The notes under the pieces: generated by a model | Database searches by the model: none | What the model was told of the DNA's origin: nothing | What the model saw: the letters and a program-made list of their open reading frames with translations, nothing else | Source of the DNA: a virus | Strand: one strand, 5' to 3' | IMG/VR virus record: IMGVR_UViG_3300009156_000007 | Length of the DNA stretch: 48,960 nucleotides | Part shown: in pieces, positions 32,702 to 39,961 of the stretch | How the letters are laid out: each line of letters starts with the position of its first letter | Position numbering within the stretch: position 1 is the first letter of the stretch | Translations under genes and position numbers: made by a program

Positions 32702-33201
32702 CCTCTCCACGCCTCAACCTTGCCTTCGTTTCCCTTGCCCTTGCGTTCGTCGTGGCCGTTATCGTCATCCACCCCGACCGGCGGGTCGACTTCGACGGGC
32801 ACGGTCGTCTGATCGGATACGGCATCTGGTCGCTGCTGATCGGGATGGCCGTCACGCACGTCGCGATCACCGGGATCATGTGGATTCAGCGCCAGCGGTG
32901 GCGACCGAGCGAGGCAGGGATGTTCCGATTCATGGCGATCAAGACGATTTTCTGGGGGACGGTTGCGTATTTTTACCGACCGATGGAGTCCGGGGTATCG
33001 CTCATCAACCTCGTCTTGTTCGTCCTGATGTTCCTGGTCACGTTCCACATGGACATCCTGATGGTCCGGCGCTACATCTTCGGGCTCGAGGACGGCGCGG
33101 CGCGGATCACCGGGGCGCACGGCGCGGAGGACGTGGTGATCTACGACGGACCCGAGCGGCGCGGCATCTGGCCCGGACGCCGGTTCGGGGATTCGCGGTG
33201 A
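32698..33201 (+). CDS. Four-TM membrane protein (167 aa), holin-class candidate
   Basis: Four hydrophobic segments: LAFVSLALAFVVAVIVI, IWSLLIGMAVTHVAITGIMWI, FMAIKTIFWGTVAYFY, LINLVLFVLMFLVTF. Confidence 0.7.
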   Translation: MTSPRLNLAFVSLALAFVVAVIVIHPDRRVDFDGHGRLIGYGIWSLLIGMAVTHVAITGIMWIQRQRWRPSEAGMFRFMAIKTIFWGTVAYFYRPMESGVSLINLVLFVLMFLVTFHMDILMVRRYIFGLEDGAARITGAHGAEDVVIYDGPERRGIWPGRRFGDSR

Positions 33202-33205
33202 TGCC

Positions 33206-33514
33206 ATGCTGGAGCGGATACGGAACCTCGACGGTGCGACGGAGTTTATGACGTGGCTCTCGATGGCAAACGTCATCATCATCCTGGCGGTAATCGTAGC
33301 CGTCGCCATCTGCCAATGCCGTCCCCCGCTGCCGTGGGCTGGGGCGTTCCTCATCACGGTGGGTTTCGTCTACATCCGGCTGACGTACCGGAATCTAACA
33401 GAGGCTCCGGTCACGTACGCGGGTTCGCTCGTCCACGTCGCGGTGACGTTGGCCGGGATCGGCATGTTGATCTCGGTACTCAGGAGCAATCGGGATGGCC
33501 AGTGTGATCGGTAA
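33206..33514 (+). CDS. Three-TM membrane protein (102 aa), holin-class candidate
   Basis: Hydrophobic segments MANVIIILAVIVAVAI, AGAFLITVGFVYI and LVHVAVTLAGIGMLISVL. Confidence 0.7.
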   Translation: MLERIRNLDGATEFMTWLSMANVIIILAVIVAVAICQCRPPLPWAGAFLITVGFVYIRLTYRNLTEAPVTYAGSLVHVAVTLAGIGMLISVLRSNRDGQCDR

Positions 33515-33581
33515 GGTCGTCTGGGTGGCGCTCGTCTGGTTCTGTGGCTTCTACGGCTGGCCGTTGGTGCGCGTTCGGTGA
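33495..33581 (+). CDS. Micro-ORF, single-TM peptide (28 aa), tentative
   Basis: AGGAG lies 8 nt upstream of the ATG. Sequence MASVIGKVVWVALVWFCGFYGWPLVRVR. The stop overlaps the next GTG. Confidence 0.35.
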   Translation: MASVIGKVVWVALVWFCGFYGWPLVRVR

Positions 33582-33670
33582 GCCGGTGGGACAAAGAGAA
33601 CTGCCTGGTCGGCGTGTTCCTGCTGGTGATCGTTCTCGGGCTGATGGTCTACGCGGTAGTGGTGACGTAG
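33578..33670 (+). CDS. Micro-ORF, single-TM peptide (30 aa), tentative
   Basis: The GTG overlaps the previous stop (GTGA). Contains the hydrophobic segment CLVGVFLLVIVLGLMVYAVVV. Confidence 0.3.
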   Translation: MSRWDKENCLVGVFLLVIVLGLMVYAVVVT

Positions 33671-33715
33671 TGCTACGATTGGCTGGTATGACTGGTCTGA
33701 CCAGTGAGGCAGCAG

Positions 33716-34171
33716 ATGTCCGTCAGACGCATTGAGCGGGGCCAGGAGCAACGGGCAGAGGTCCGCGGGCATCACGCCCTCGCCGTCATCCTTGTTTCGG
33801 TAGGCGCCATCATCGGCACCGTTGGCTTGCTGATCGGAATGCTCGTCTCGACCGCAACCGAACCCTTCCCCCCGCCGGTGATCGCGGCGCCGAATGCGCA
33901 GGGCACGATGGAGGTCAACGTCGACGTCACGCTGCACGAGGCAACCGCCACGCCGACAGCGCTGCCCACGATCAAGCCGACCGACGCGCCGACGATGGAC
34001 CTGCACGCCGACGACTGCAGCCGAGCGAACCCGGAGCCCGGACAAACGTGCCGACGCGATCCGCTGCCGACCAACACCCCGCAACCGTTGTCCGAGTGTC
34101 CCGCCGCAATGCCCGGAGATTTATGCGTGTGGGTGGACCCGTTGACAAGCGGAAGGGCCGAAGCGGAGTGA
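33716..34171 (+). CDS. N-terminally anchored Pro/Thr-rich protein with four Cys (151 aa)
   Basis: ATG 33716 has GAGG 6 nt upstream (the ORF table lists GTG 33704). TM segment ALAVILVSVGAIIGTVGLLIGMLV, then a Pro-rich extracytoplasmic part. Lies immediately upstream of the endolysin. Confidence 0.65.
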   Translation: MSVRRIERGQEQRAEVRGHHALAVILVSVGAIIGTVGLLIGMLVSTATEPFPPPVIAAPNAQGTMEVNVDVTLHEATATPTALPTIKPTDAPTMDLHADDCSRANPEPGQTCRRDPLPTNTPQPLSECPAAMPGDLCVWVDPLTSGRAEAE

Positions 34172-35592
34172 CGAACTGGCGGGATTTTGGCGACGTGAGT
34201 TATGAGCGGTGGCAGGAGACGATCCTCGACGCCGGCGGCCCCGGCAAGCTCGCGGGCTCGGCGGCGTGGGAGGCGGCGAAACCGCATTCGGCGCTGGCGC
34301 TCGCCATGCTCAAAGCCGAATCGTCCTACGGCACCGACTTCAACCTGAACCGGCCAGAAAACAACAACCCGCTGAACCTGCGCCCTCCGCTCAAATCAGA
34401 CGGCACCCGCGTGCCGGGCGATTACATGAAATTCGATGCTCTGGAGTACGGCATTGCGGCCTGGCACAAGCGCATTACCGATTCCACCTACGGCGGCGGC
34501 ATCTATGCGCGAACTCAATCTTTAGAAGATCTAGTTCACGTCTACGCTCCCGGCTCCGACAACAACGACGAGGCGGCCTATGTCGCCACCATCGAACGCC
34601 TATTCGATCAATGGGGCGTGACCCCGAAGGAGACACCAGTGGCAGACCTCGTCTACGGCAAAGTCCCGCATCCGCCCTTCCTCGACCGTCCGATCCAGAA
34701 GCCGGAGGGGGCGGGCCAGAACAACCTCGGGCAGCGCACCGTCAAGGGCGTCGTGTGGCATCGCATTCTCGGGACGTTGTGGGGCACCGACAGCTACTTT
34801 CGCGGACCCGTCCAGGCATTGACCGATTACGGCGTGGGCGTGCAGGCAACGGACGGCGATGCCCACGACGGCGAAATCCTGCGCTGGAACAATCCGCTCG
34901 GGCACCAGTCGGGATGGGCCAGCGGACCGGTGAGCGCCCCGTACGGCGACGGCGCCGCGTTCGTCGACAAGTACGGGATCGACGCCGTCAACCGCGATCA
35001 GGTCAGCATCGAGATCAGCGGCAACTACGACACGCCGCTTTCCGAAAAGGCGCGGCAGTCCATCGTCGGGCTAACGGCGTATTGGGCGGACCAAGCGAAG
35101 ATCCCGTGGCACGAATTCCCCAACATCCCCGGCGACGGATTCAGCTTCGTGCGGTGGCACCAGGAGTACACGATCGGCACGGGGAAGGTCTGCCCGGGCC
35201 CGCAGGTGATGGGAGAAACGTCCGCGCTGATCCAACGGGTTGCGGGCGTCCTCAAGCAGTACCAGGCGGGCGGCACGGTGCCGAAGCCGCCGGTCTACGC
35301 GCCGGCCGATCTGCCCGAGTGGTTCGCGGACGCGCTGAAAGAACGCCACCCGACCGACAACAAAGACGGCGACGTGGCGTACAAGGCGCTTCGCCGGAAC
35401 TTCGTGGCGACGGCGAACACGCGGCGGCTCTCCAAGCCGGACGGCAAGGAGGGGAAGAACAGCGGCCCGAAGGTCAAGGTGCGCGAAAAGGTGTTCGGGG
35501 AATACCAGACGAGCACGGGGTTCGTCTTGACCACGGACGGCCATTTCGTGAGCGCGTCGAAGCTGTCACCACGGGTGACGTTCAGAACGTAG
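34168..35592 (+). CDS. Endolysin: glucosaminidase-like N-terminal domain plus N-acetylmuramoyl-L-alanine amidase (amidase_2/PGRP) plus C-terminal binding-like domain
   Basis: GTG 34168 overlaps the previous stop. Glucosaminidase-like motifs LAMLKAESSYGT...NNPLNL. Amidase_2 motifs VVWHRILGT, VSIEISGNYD, VRWHQEYT..GKVCPG. The upstream part of ORF 34048..35592 overlaps the previous gene. Confidence 0.88.
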   Translation: MTNWRDFGDVSYERWQETILDAGGPGKLAGSAAWEAAKPHSALALAMLKAESSYGTDFNLNRPENNNPLNLRPPLKSDGTRVPGDYMKFDALEYGIAAWHKRITDSTYGGGIYARTQSLEDLVHVYAPGSDNNDEAAYVATIERLFDQWGVTPKETPVADLVYGKVPHPPFLDRPIQKPEGAGQNNLGQRTVKGVVWHRILGTLWGTDSYFRGPVQALTDYGVGVQATDGDAHDGEILRWNNPLGHQSGWASGPVSAPYGDGAAFVDKYGIDAVNRDQVSIEISGNYDTPLSEKARQSIVGLTAYWADQAKIPWHEFPNIPGDGFSFVRWHQEYTIGTGKVCPGPQVMGETSALIQRVAGVLKQYQAGGTVPKPPVYAPADLPEWFADALKERHPTDNKDGDVAYKALRRNFVATANTRRLSKPDGKEGKNSGPKVKVREKVFGEYQTSTGFVLTTDGHFVSASKLSPRVTFRT

Positions 35593-35600
35593 GAAGTCAC

Positions 35601-35777
35601 ATGGTCACCGTCACCAACATCACACCCGCGTTCATCGGCAACACCACGAACGGCACGCCGCCGATCGAGGTGCGGTACATCGTCAACGGGCAGCCGCCAA
35701 CGCCGGGTGCGCCGTCGCCAATCACGATCTTCTGGATTCGGTCGGTCGCGCCGGCTCGCACGTCGGCAGGAGGGTAA
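35601..35777 (+). CDS. Hypothetical small protein (58 aa), tentative
   Basis: ATG 35601 with AGGAAG upstream. It is the in-frame tail of the otherwise off-frame ORF 34209..35777. Confidence 0.4.
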   Translation: MVTVTNITPAFIGNTTNGTPPIEVRYIVNGQPPTPGAPSPITIFWIRSVAPARTSAGG

Positions 35778-35781
35778 CGCC

Positions 35782-35847
35782 GTGGTCATCGGCAGCGGAT
35801 TCGTCGTGCTCATCCTCATCATTCTCCTGTTGGTTTTGATCTTCTAA
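35782..35847 (+). CDS. Micro-ORF, single-TM peptide (21 aa), tentative
   Basis: AGGAGG lies 8 nt upstream of GTG 35782. Sequence VVIGSGFVVLILIILLLVLIF. Confidence 0.35.
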   Translation: MVIGSGFVVLILIILLLVLIF

Positions 35848-35862
35848 CGAAAGGAGTCGGTC

Positions 35863-35970
35863 ATGTTCTTCGCCCCGGCACTCGTCGTCAGCAACGGCAC
35901 GCTCATCGCGGTAGCGGCCGTCGTGTTCATCATCTGCGCGCTGTTCTGGCTGTTCGGATTACGGAGGTAA
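35863..35970 (+). CDS. Micro-ORF, single-TM peptide (35 aa)
   Basis: AAGGAG lies 6 nt upstream of the ATG. Sequence MFFAPALVVSNGTLIAVAAVVFIICALFWLFGLRR. Confidence 0.45.
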   Translation: MFFAPALVVSNGTLIAVAAVVFIICALFWLFGLRR

Positions 35971-35973
35971 CAC

Positions 35974-36291
35974 ATGGACCGTGGATCAACGCTCGGCACC
36001 GCCATCCTGCGCGGGTTCTACAACTTCATCTGCACCACGGCGGTCGCCACGATCACCGCGTACCTTGGGTTCAGTTCGCTGATCGACGACTCGGCGCAGG
36101 TCGTGGGCGACATCAGCGACCGGGACATCCTGGTCTACTCGATCCTGACCGGACTGCTTGCCGGGCTTGGGGCGTTGGGCTTCCGGGCCGGCGTCGAGGG
36201 GCAGTACGACGCTCGGAGATCCGCAGCCGCCGGCGGCCCCGACATGAAGCCCGGCGATGTCGGATGGGTTCCGCCGCATCCGACGCCGTAG
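35974..36291 (+). CDS. Two-TM membrane protein (105 aa), holin-like
   Basis: GGAGG RBS. AILRGFYNFICTTAVATITAYLGF and ILVYSILTGLLAGLGALGF segments with a charged C-terminal tail. The N-terminal pattern resembles small phage holins. Confidence 0.65.
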   Translation: MDRGSTLGTAILRGFYNFICTTAVATITAYLGFSSLIDDSAQVVGDISDRDILVYSILTGLLAGLGALGFRAGVEGQYDARRSAAAGGPDMKPGDVGWVPPHPTP

Positions 36292-36503
36292 TAGAATCGC
36301 CCCACCGGCGGTAAGCGTACGTGAGTCCGTCCGGTGCCGCGCCCGGAACGTTTATGGCGGCAGCCGATGCAGTTCCGGGCGCATCCGACTACGACAACAC
36401 GACCTGCCAAAATCGGCCATCGGAACGGGTTTTCTGCCCTCTTTCCTGCCACGCCGCCGCCGAAACAGGACGAATCGCCCGGAACTCCGGCACATTTGCG
36501 GAA

Positions 36504-36534
36504 CCGCGATACGCAGATACCATTCGCGGGTTTT
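36504..36534 (+). terminator. Weak intrinsic terminator-like hairpin (CCGCGA / TCGCGG) followed by GTTTTGTCTCTTCT
   Basis: 6-bp stem (36504-36509 / 36524-36529), 14-nt loop, T-rich tail from 36531. Confidence 0.35.
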
Positions 36535-36635
36535 GTCTCTTCTGGGCTTATTTGGGTTCTACAGGAGTCTACAGGGTACGACAGGAGACGACACGGTTCC
36601 TGCCGCGTTCCCTGCCCTATCCTGCCGCGCCGGTG

Positions 36636-36644
36636 TGCTAGAGT
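36636..36644 (+). promoter_or_regulatory. Extended -10 element TGCTAGAGT for the exonuclease gene
   Basis: TGn plus TAGAGT, 21 nt upstream of ATG 36666. The AAGGAGG RBS lies between them. Confidence 0.5.
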
Positions 36645-36665
36645 CCGGGCGACAAGGAGGACCCA

Positions 36666-37145
36666 ATGATCGAGAATCCAAACCGTGCCAAGCGGTACTT
36701 CATCGACACCGAATACAACTGGCATCCCCAGTCTGGCCAGATTCGCCCCCTGAGCATCGGCATTGTTGCCGAGGACGGGCGCGAGTTCTACGCCGTCGCC
36801 AACACGATCCGTAGCTACAGTTTGTCGCCATTCGTCAGAGAGCATGTGCTTCCGGTTATCGGGGACACGGCGACGGACTACGTATCGAAAATCGGACCCA
36901 AGATTCGGGACTTCATTGGGGACGACACGCCGGAGTTTTGGGGCGATTACAGCGCGTTTGATTACGTCGTGTTGTCGATGCTGATGGGCGAGTTTGAGGA
37001 CTGGCCCGAAGGCTGGCCCATGCACATCAACGACATGCAGCAAGACGCCATCCCAAACGTTGAATCCGCGACCCCGCACAACGCACTAGCCGATGCCCGC
37101 GCCGTGCGGGATGCCTACGATCACGCATTCGCTCTGCCCGCCTAG
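36666..37145 (+). CDS. DEDDh 3'-5' exonuclease/exoribonuclease, Rv2179c-like
   Basis: Exo I RYFIDTEY, followed by LSIGIVAEDGREFYAV. Exo II WGDYSAFDYVVL. Exo III HNALADARAV. The layout closely resembles the mycobacterial Rv2179c family as I recall it. Strong AAGGAGG RBS. Confidence 0.85.
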   Translation: MIENPNRAKRYFIDTEYNWHPQSGQIRPLSIGIVAEDGREFYAVANTIRSYSLSPFVREHVLPVIGDTATDYVSKIGPKIRDFIGDDTPEFWGDYSAFDYVVLSMLMGEFEDWPEGWPMHINDMQQDAIPNVESATPHNALADARAVRDAYDHAFALPA

Positions 37146-38314
37146 CCCGCATCCTCGTCCCGGAACAGCAGGTCGCTCAACGCATTCGCCGCGCTCCGCT
37201 GGAGTTGCGGACTTACGTGTGAATACTGATCTAAGGTCATAGATATTTTGCTGTGCCCGAGCCGATCCGCGACCACACGCGGGTGCGTCCCGGTTTCCAA
37301 CTCGGCAGACGCGCTTGAATGCCTGAGCCCGTGGGCCGTGATCGTCGGCACGCCGATCCGCTCGGATAACGCCCGCTGCCATTTGAGCCACGTACTCTGC
37401 ACGATCCACTTGCCATCGCCCCGATCAAAGACCAGATCGAGATCGTGCCACCGCTCCGACATCAACCGCCGTTCGTTCTGCTTCGCCTTGTGCCATTTCA
37501 GCTTCTCCACCACCGGCGGCGTGATCGCGTTCACCCGCGTGCGCTTGCCCTTGGTCCGATCCGCGATGACCTCGGCGCCGGACACGTCTTTGGTGATCGT
37601 GCGCCTGACTAGGATCAAGCCGGTGTCGAGATTCACGTCGGCCCACTTGAGCGCCTTGAGTTCGCCGGGCCGCATGCCCGTGACGGCGGCGACCAGATAC
37701 AACGCGCCGTAGATCGGATCGTCGGCGGTGGCGGCGAGGACGCGGCGGACCTCATCGGTCGACCACGTTGCCTTCGGGGTGCGGTCGATGCTCGGGCGGC
37801 GGATCCCCTGCCCCAGGTGCCGGTCGGTGATGCCGAGCAGGGCGGCTTCGCGCAACGCGCCCATCAGGACGGCGATGGCGGGGTGGATCGTCGTCGCGGC
37901 GAACCCCTGCCGCACGAGCCCGTCGATCCAGCGCTGGACTTCGAGCGGCGTCACGCTCTCGAGCTTCCGCGTGCCGATGGTGGGCGCGATCATGGCGGCG
38001 GCGCGTTGCCGGTAGGTCAGGACGCTCCGTTCGGTCAGCCGCCCCGATGCGCCGGCCCGGTCGATGTACTCCGCGATGAGCTGCGAGACGGTGATCGTGG
38101 CGGGACCGCGGTAGCGCCCGTCGCGCTTGGCTTTGGCAATGCCAGCCAGGAAGTCCTGGGCGGCCTCTACGCTATCGAAGGTGCGCGATACCTGTCGCCA
38201 TAGCCCATCGTCGCCTTTGTGGTCGTACGCGGCGCGGTAGGCCGTCGTGCCGTCCGCACGGGTGCGCGTGCGGATGAGTCCGATGGCGGCGGGGATGGCT
38301 TTCGGTTTGGGCAT
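37142..38314 (-). CDS. int: Tyrosine recombinase / phage integrase
   Basis: 390 aa. Catalytic-region motifs TGMRPGELKALKW (Arg), HGLRHSSAS (His-x-x-Arg), LGHSKISMTLDQYSHV (His, Tyr). N-terminal SAM-like core-binding region. Confidence 0.92.
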   Translation of the reverse strand: MPKPKAIPAAIGLIRTRTRADGTTAYRAAYDHKGDDGLWRQVSRTFDSVEAAQDFLAGIAKAKRDGRYRGPATITVSQLIAEYIDRAGASGRLTERSVLTYRQRAAAMIAPTIGTRKLESVTPLEVQRWIDGLVRQGFAATTIHPAIAVLMGALREAALLGITDRHLGQGIRRPSIDRTPKATWSTDEVRRVLAATADDPIYGALYLVAAVTGMRPGELKALKWADVNLDTGLILVRRTITKDVSGAEVIADRTKGKRTRVNAITPPVVEKLKWHKAKQNERRLMSERWHDLDLVFDRGDGKWIVQSTWLKWQRALSERIGVPTITAHGLRHSSASAELETGTHPRVVADRLGHSKISMTLDQYSHVSPQLQRSAANALSDLLFRDEDAG

Positions 38315-38336
38315 GCGCTACCCCTCGGGTGAAATC

Positions 38337-38357
38337 TCGCTACTTTCGAAGTAGCGA
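38337..38357 (-). terminator. Hairpin TCGCTACTT-tcg-AAGTAGCGA between the repressor and integrase genes
   Basis: Perfect 9-bp stem with a 3-nt loop. On the - strand it is followed by GATTTC (poor U-tract). It could be an attenuator/terminator or a protein-binding palindrome. Confidence 0.35.
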
Positions 38358-38592
38358 AAACCATGTCGCGTTTTGCTCCGCTCAGATCGTCTGTAGGAGT
38401 AAGGACATAGACCTTGTGTCCTATGGTGTCGTGTGGGAATATTCCCGACACATGCACTGTTTTCCCCGACACAATGGAGGTTTTCCGGTGGCAACCGCTC
38501 GGCGGATGGTTGGCGTGTTTATCGGAACGGTCGACGGCATCGAGGCGAATGCCGAGGTGTCCGTCATCATCAGCGGCGAGAAAGTGCTGTGG

Positions 38593-39075
38593 CTAATCAG
38601 GAACGAGATTGCGATCGAGGGAACCGGCCCCGCTGTCGTCGGCGTCAATGAGGAAATCTTTCGTCGGGTGCTCGGCCTCCCGGTCGAGTCGCAGCCAACC
38701 ATCCAAGACGATGCGCAGGGTGTTGACGCGCGTCTCGTCGTTGAGTCGAACCAGTTCCAGCTTTCCTAACAGCTCGGCGCGGACTGGCTCGATAACCTCC
38801 ACGGCGACGACGCCGGCCGACCTGATGTCATCGCCGCTCAACTCCCCGGCAGCAATCAACAAATCCAGATGAGGCACGCTCAATGCACGGGCTAGCCGTC
38901 GCCGGATGTCCGGCGACGGCAGCTTCGTTGTGCCCGTCTCGACACGGTTGACCGTCGTGCGCGGAACGTCGGCACGCTCGGCTAACTCGGTCTGCGTCAA
39001 GCCGAGGACTTCCCGCCGCTCTTTGATGTAGTGCCCAAGTGTGCGATTCACGCACAGCACGATAACACCGTTCAT
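38593..39075 (-). CDS. XRE-family HTH repressor (CI-like)
   Basis: HTH LGHYIKERREVLGLTQTELAERADVPRTTVNRVETG. Transcribed divergently from a canonical promoter and a cro-like gene. ATG 39075 is preferred because the ORF-table start at 39087 overlaps the -35 hexamer of the rightward promoter. The C-terminal ~85 aa has no recognised domain. Confidence 0.8.
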   Translation of the reverse strand: MNGVIVLCVNRTLGHYIKERREVLGLTQTELAERADVPRTTVNRVETGTTKLPSPDIRRRLARALSVPHLDLLIAAGELSGDDIRSAGVVAVEVIEPVRAELLGKLELVRLNDETRVNTLRIVLDGWLRLDREAEHPTKDFLIDADDSGAGSLDRNLVPD

Positions 39076-39080
39076 ACCTA

Positions 39081-39109
39081 TTGACATCCTAGTGCGAGTC
39101 CTGTACTAT
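39081..39109 (+). promoter_or_regulatory. Canonical rightward early promoter TTGACA-N17-TACTAT
   Basis: -35 TTGACA at 39081-39086, exactly 17-nt spacer, -10 TACTAT at 39104-39109. Lies upstream of the RHH cro-like gene. Confidence 0.75.
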
Positions 39110-39146
39110 GCTCGTGCGTTGAATGAACAGAGCACAGGAGGACGCG

Positions 39147-39314
39147 ATGACCGAACGGATGGAGGACACCCCGACCACGGCCTCGTACGTGCTGACGGTC
39201 GGGCTCGTGTTCGCACTGAGGCAGGAGGCCGCACGGCGCGGCGTCTCGCTGAGCGAACTCGTGCGCGATCTGCTGACGGCGGCGCTCGCCGAGAAAGCGC
39301 CGGTGGCCGCGTGA
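39147..39314 (+). CDS. Ribbon-helix-helix protein (55 aa), cro-like early regulator candidate
   Basis: AGGAGGA RBS 6 nt upstream of ATG 39147. RHH pattern SYVLTVGLVFALRQEAARRGVSLSELVRDLLTAAL. Confidence 0.7.
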   Translation: MTERMEDTPTTASYVLTVGLVFALRQEAARRGVSLSELVRDLLTAALAEKAPVAA

Positions 39315-39961
39315 CCAAGCCCCGCCTGCTTGACGCCTATTGCGGCGCGGGTGGCGCGACACGCGGCTACCAGATGGCCGGATTCCACGTCACGGGCGTC
39401 GACATCAAGCCGCAGCCGCGCTACGTCGGGGATGCCTTCGTGCAGGCCGACGCGCTGGACTACATCCGCGAGCACGGGCACGAGTTCGACGCGATCCACG
39501 CCTCGCCACCTTGCCAGAAGTACAGCGCCATGACGGTGTGCAGGCCCGGAGCAGAACACCCGGACCTTGTTGCCGCCACGCGGGATGTGCTCGATGCCGC
39601 CGGGCTGCCGTGGGTGATCGAGAACGTGCCCGGCGCCCCGCTGAACACGACGATCGAACTGTGCGGCTCTATGTTCGGACTCAAGGTGCATAGGCATCGC
39701 CTGTTCGAGTCGAGTCAACTGCTGATGCAGCCGCCCCACCTGCCGCATGCCGGACGCACCGGACGGGCCGGGCGCGGTGCAAGCGCGGACGGATGGATCA
39801 GCGTCGCCGGGCATTTCTCCGACGTGGCAGCAGCACGGCTCGCTATGGGCATCGACTGGATGACCCGCGACGAACTGAGCCAAGCAATCCCGCCTGCCTA
39901 CACGAATTTCATCGGCGCTCAACTGTTGACCGTCCTTTCCGCAAAGGAGGTAGCTGCATGA
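39311..39961 (+). CDS. DNA (cytosine-5) methyltransferase, no adjacent endonuclease
   Basis: Motif I LDAYCGAGGATRGY, motif IV ASPPCQKYS, motif VI WVIENVPG. GTG 39311 overlaps the previous stop. Confidence 0.88.
   Translation: MTKPRLLDAYCGAGGATRGYQMAGFHVTGVDIKPQPRYVGDAFVQADALDYIREHGHEFDAIHASPPCQKYSAMTVCRPGAEHPDLVAATRDVLDAAGLPWVIENVPGAPLNTTIELCGSMFGLKVHRHRLFESSQLLMQPPHLPHAGRTGRAGRGASADGWISVAGHFSDVAAARLAMGIDWMTRDELSQAIPPAYTNFIGAQLLTVLSAKEVAA

Noticed and set aside
38337-38357. Hairpin containing TTCGAA that at first glance resembles a tRNA T-arm, hinting at a tRNA-derived attP core or a tRNA gene.
   Set aside because: The stem and loop geometry (9-bp stem, 3-nt loop, or 7-bp stem with loop TTTCGAA lacking the G53/C61 context) does not fit a T-arm. 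No acceptor-stem or anticodon-arm partners are nearby. I found no tRNA genes anywhere in the window.
38488-38769. + strand ORF (GTG 38488 with GGAGG 7 nt upstream, 93 aa) antisense to the C-terminal half of the repressor gene.
   Set aside because: The - strand frame is continuous with a clear XRE HTH domain and both frames have high third-position GC, so I kept the repressor. A genuine overlapping antisense gene, or a shorter repressor, cannot be excluded. Strand-specific RNA-seq or proteomics would decide.
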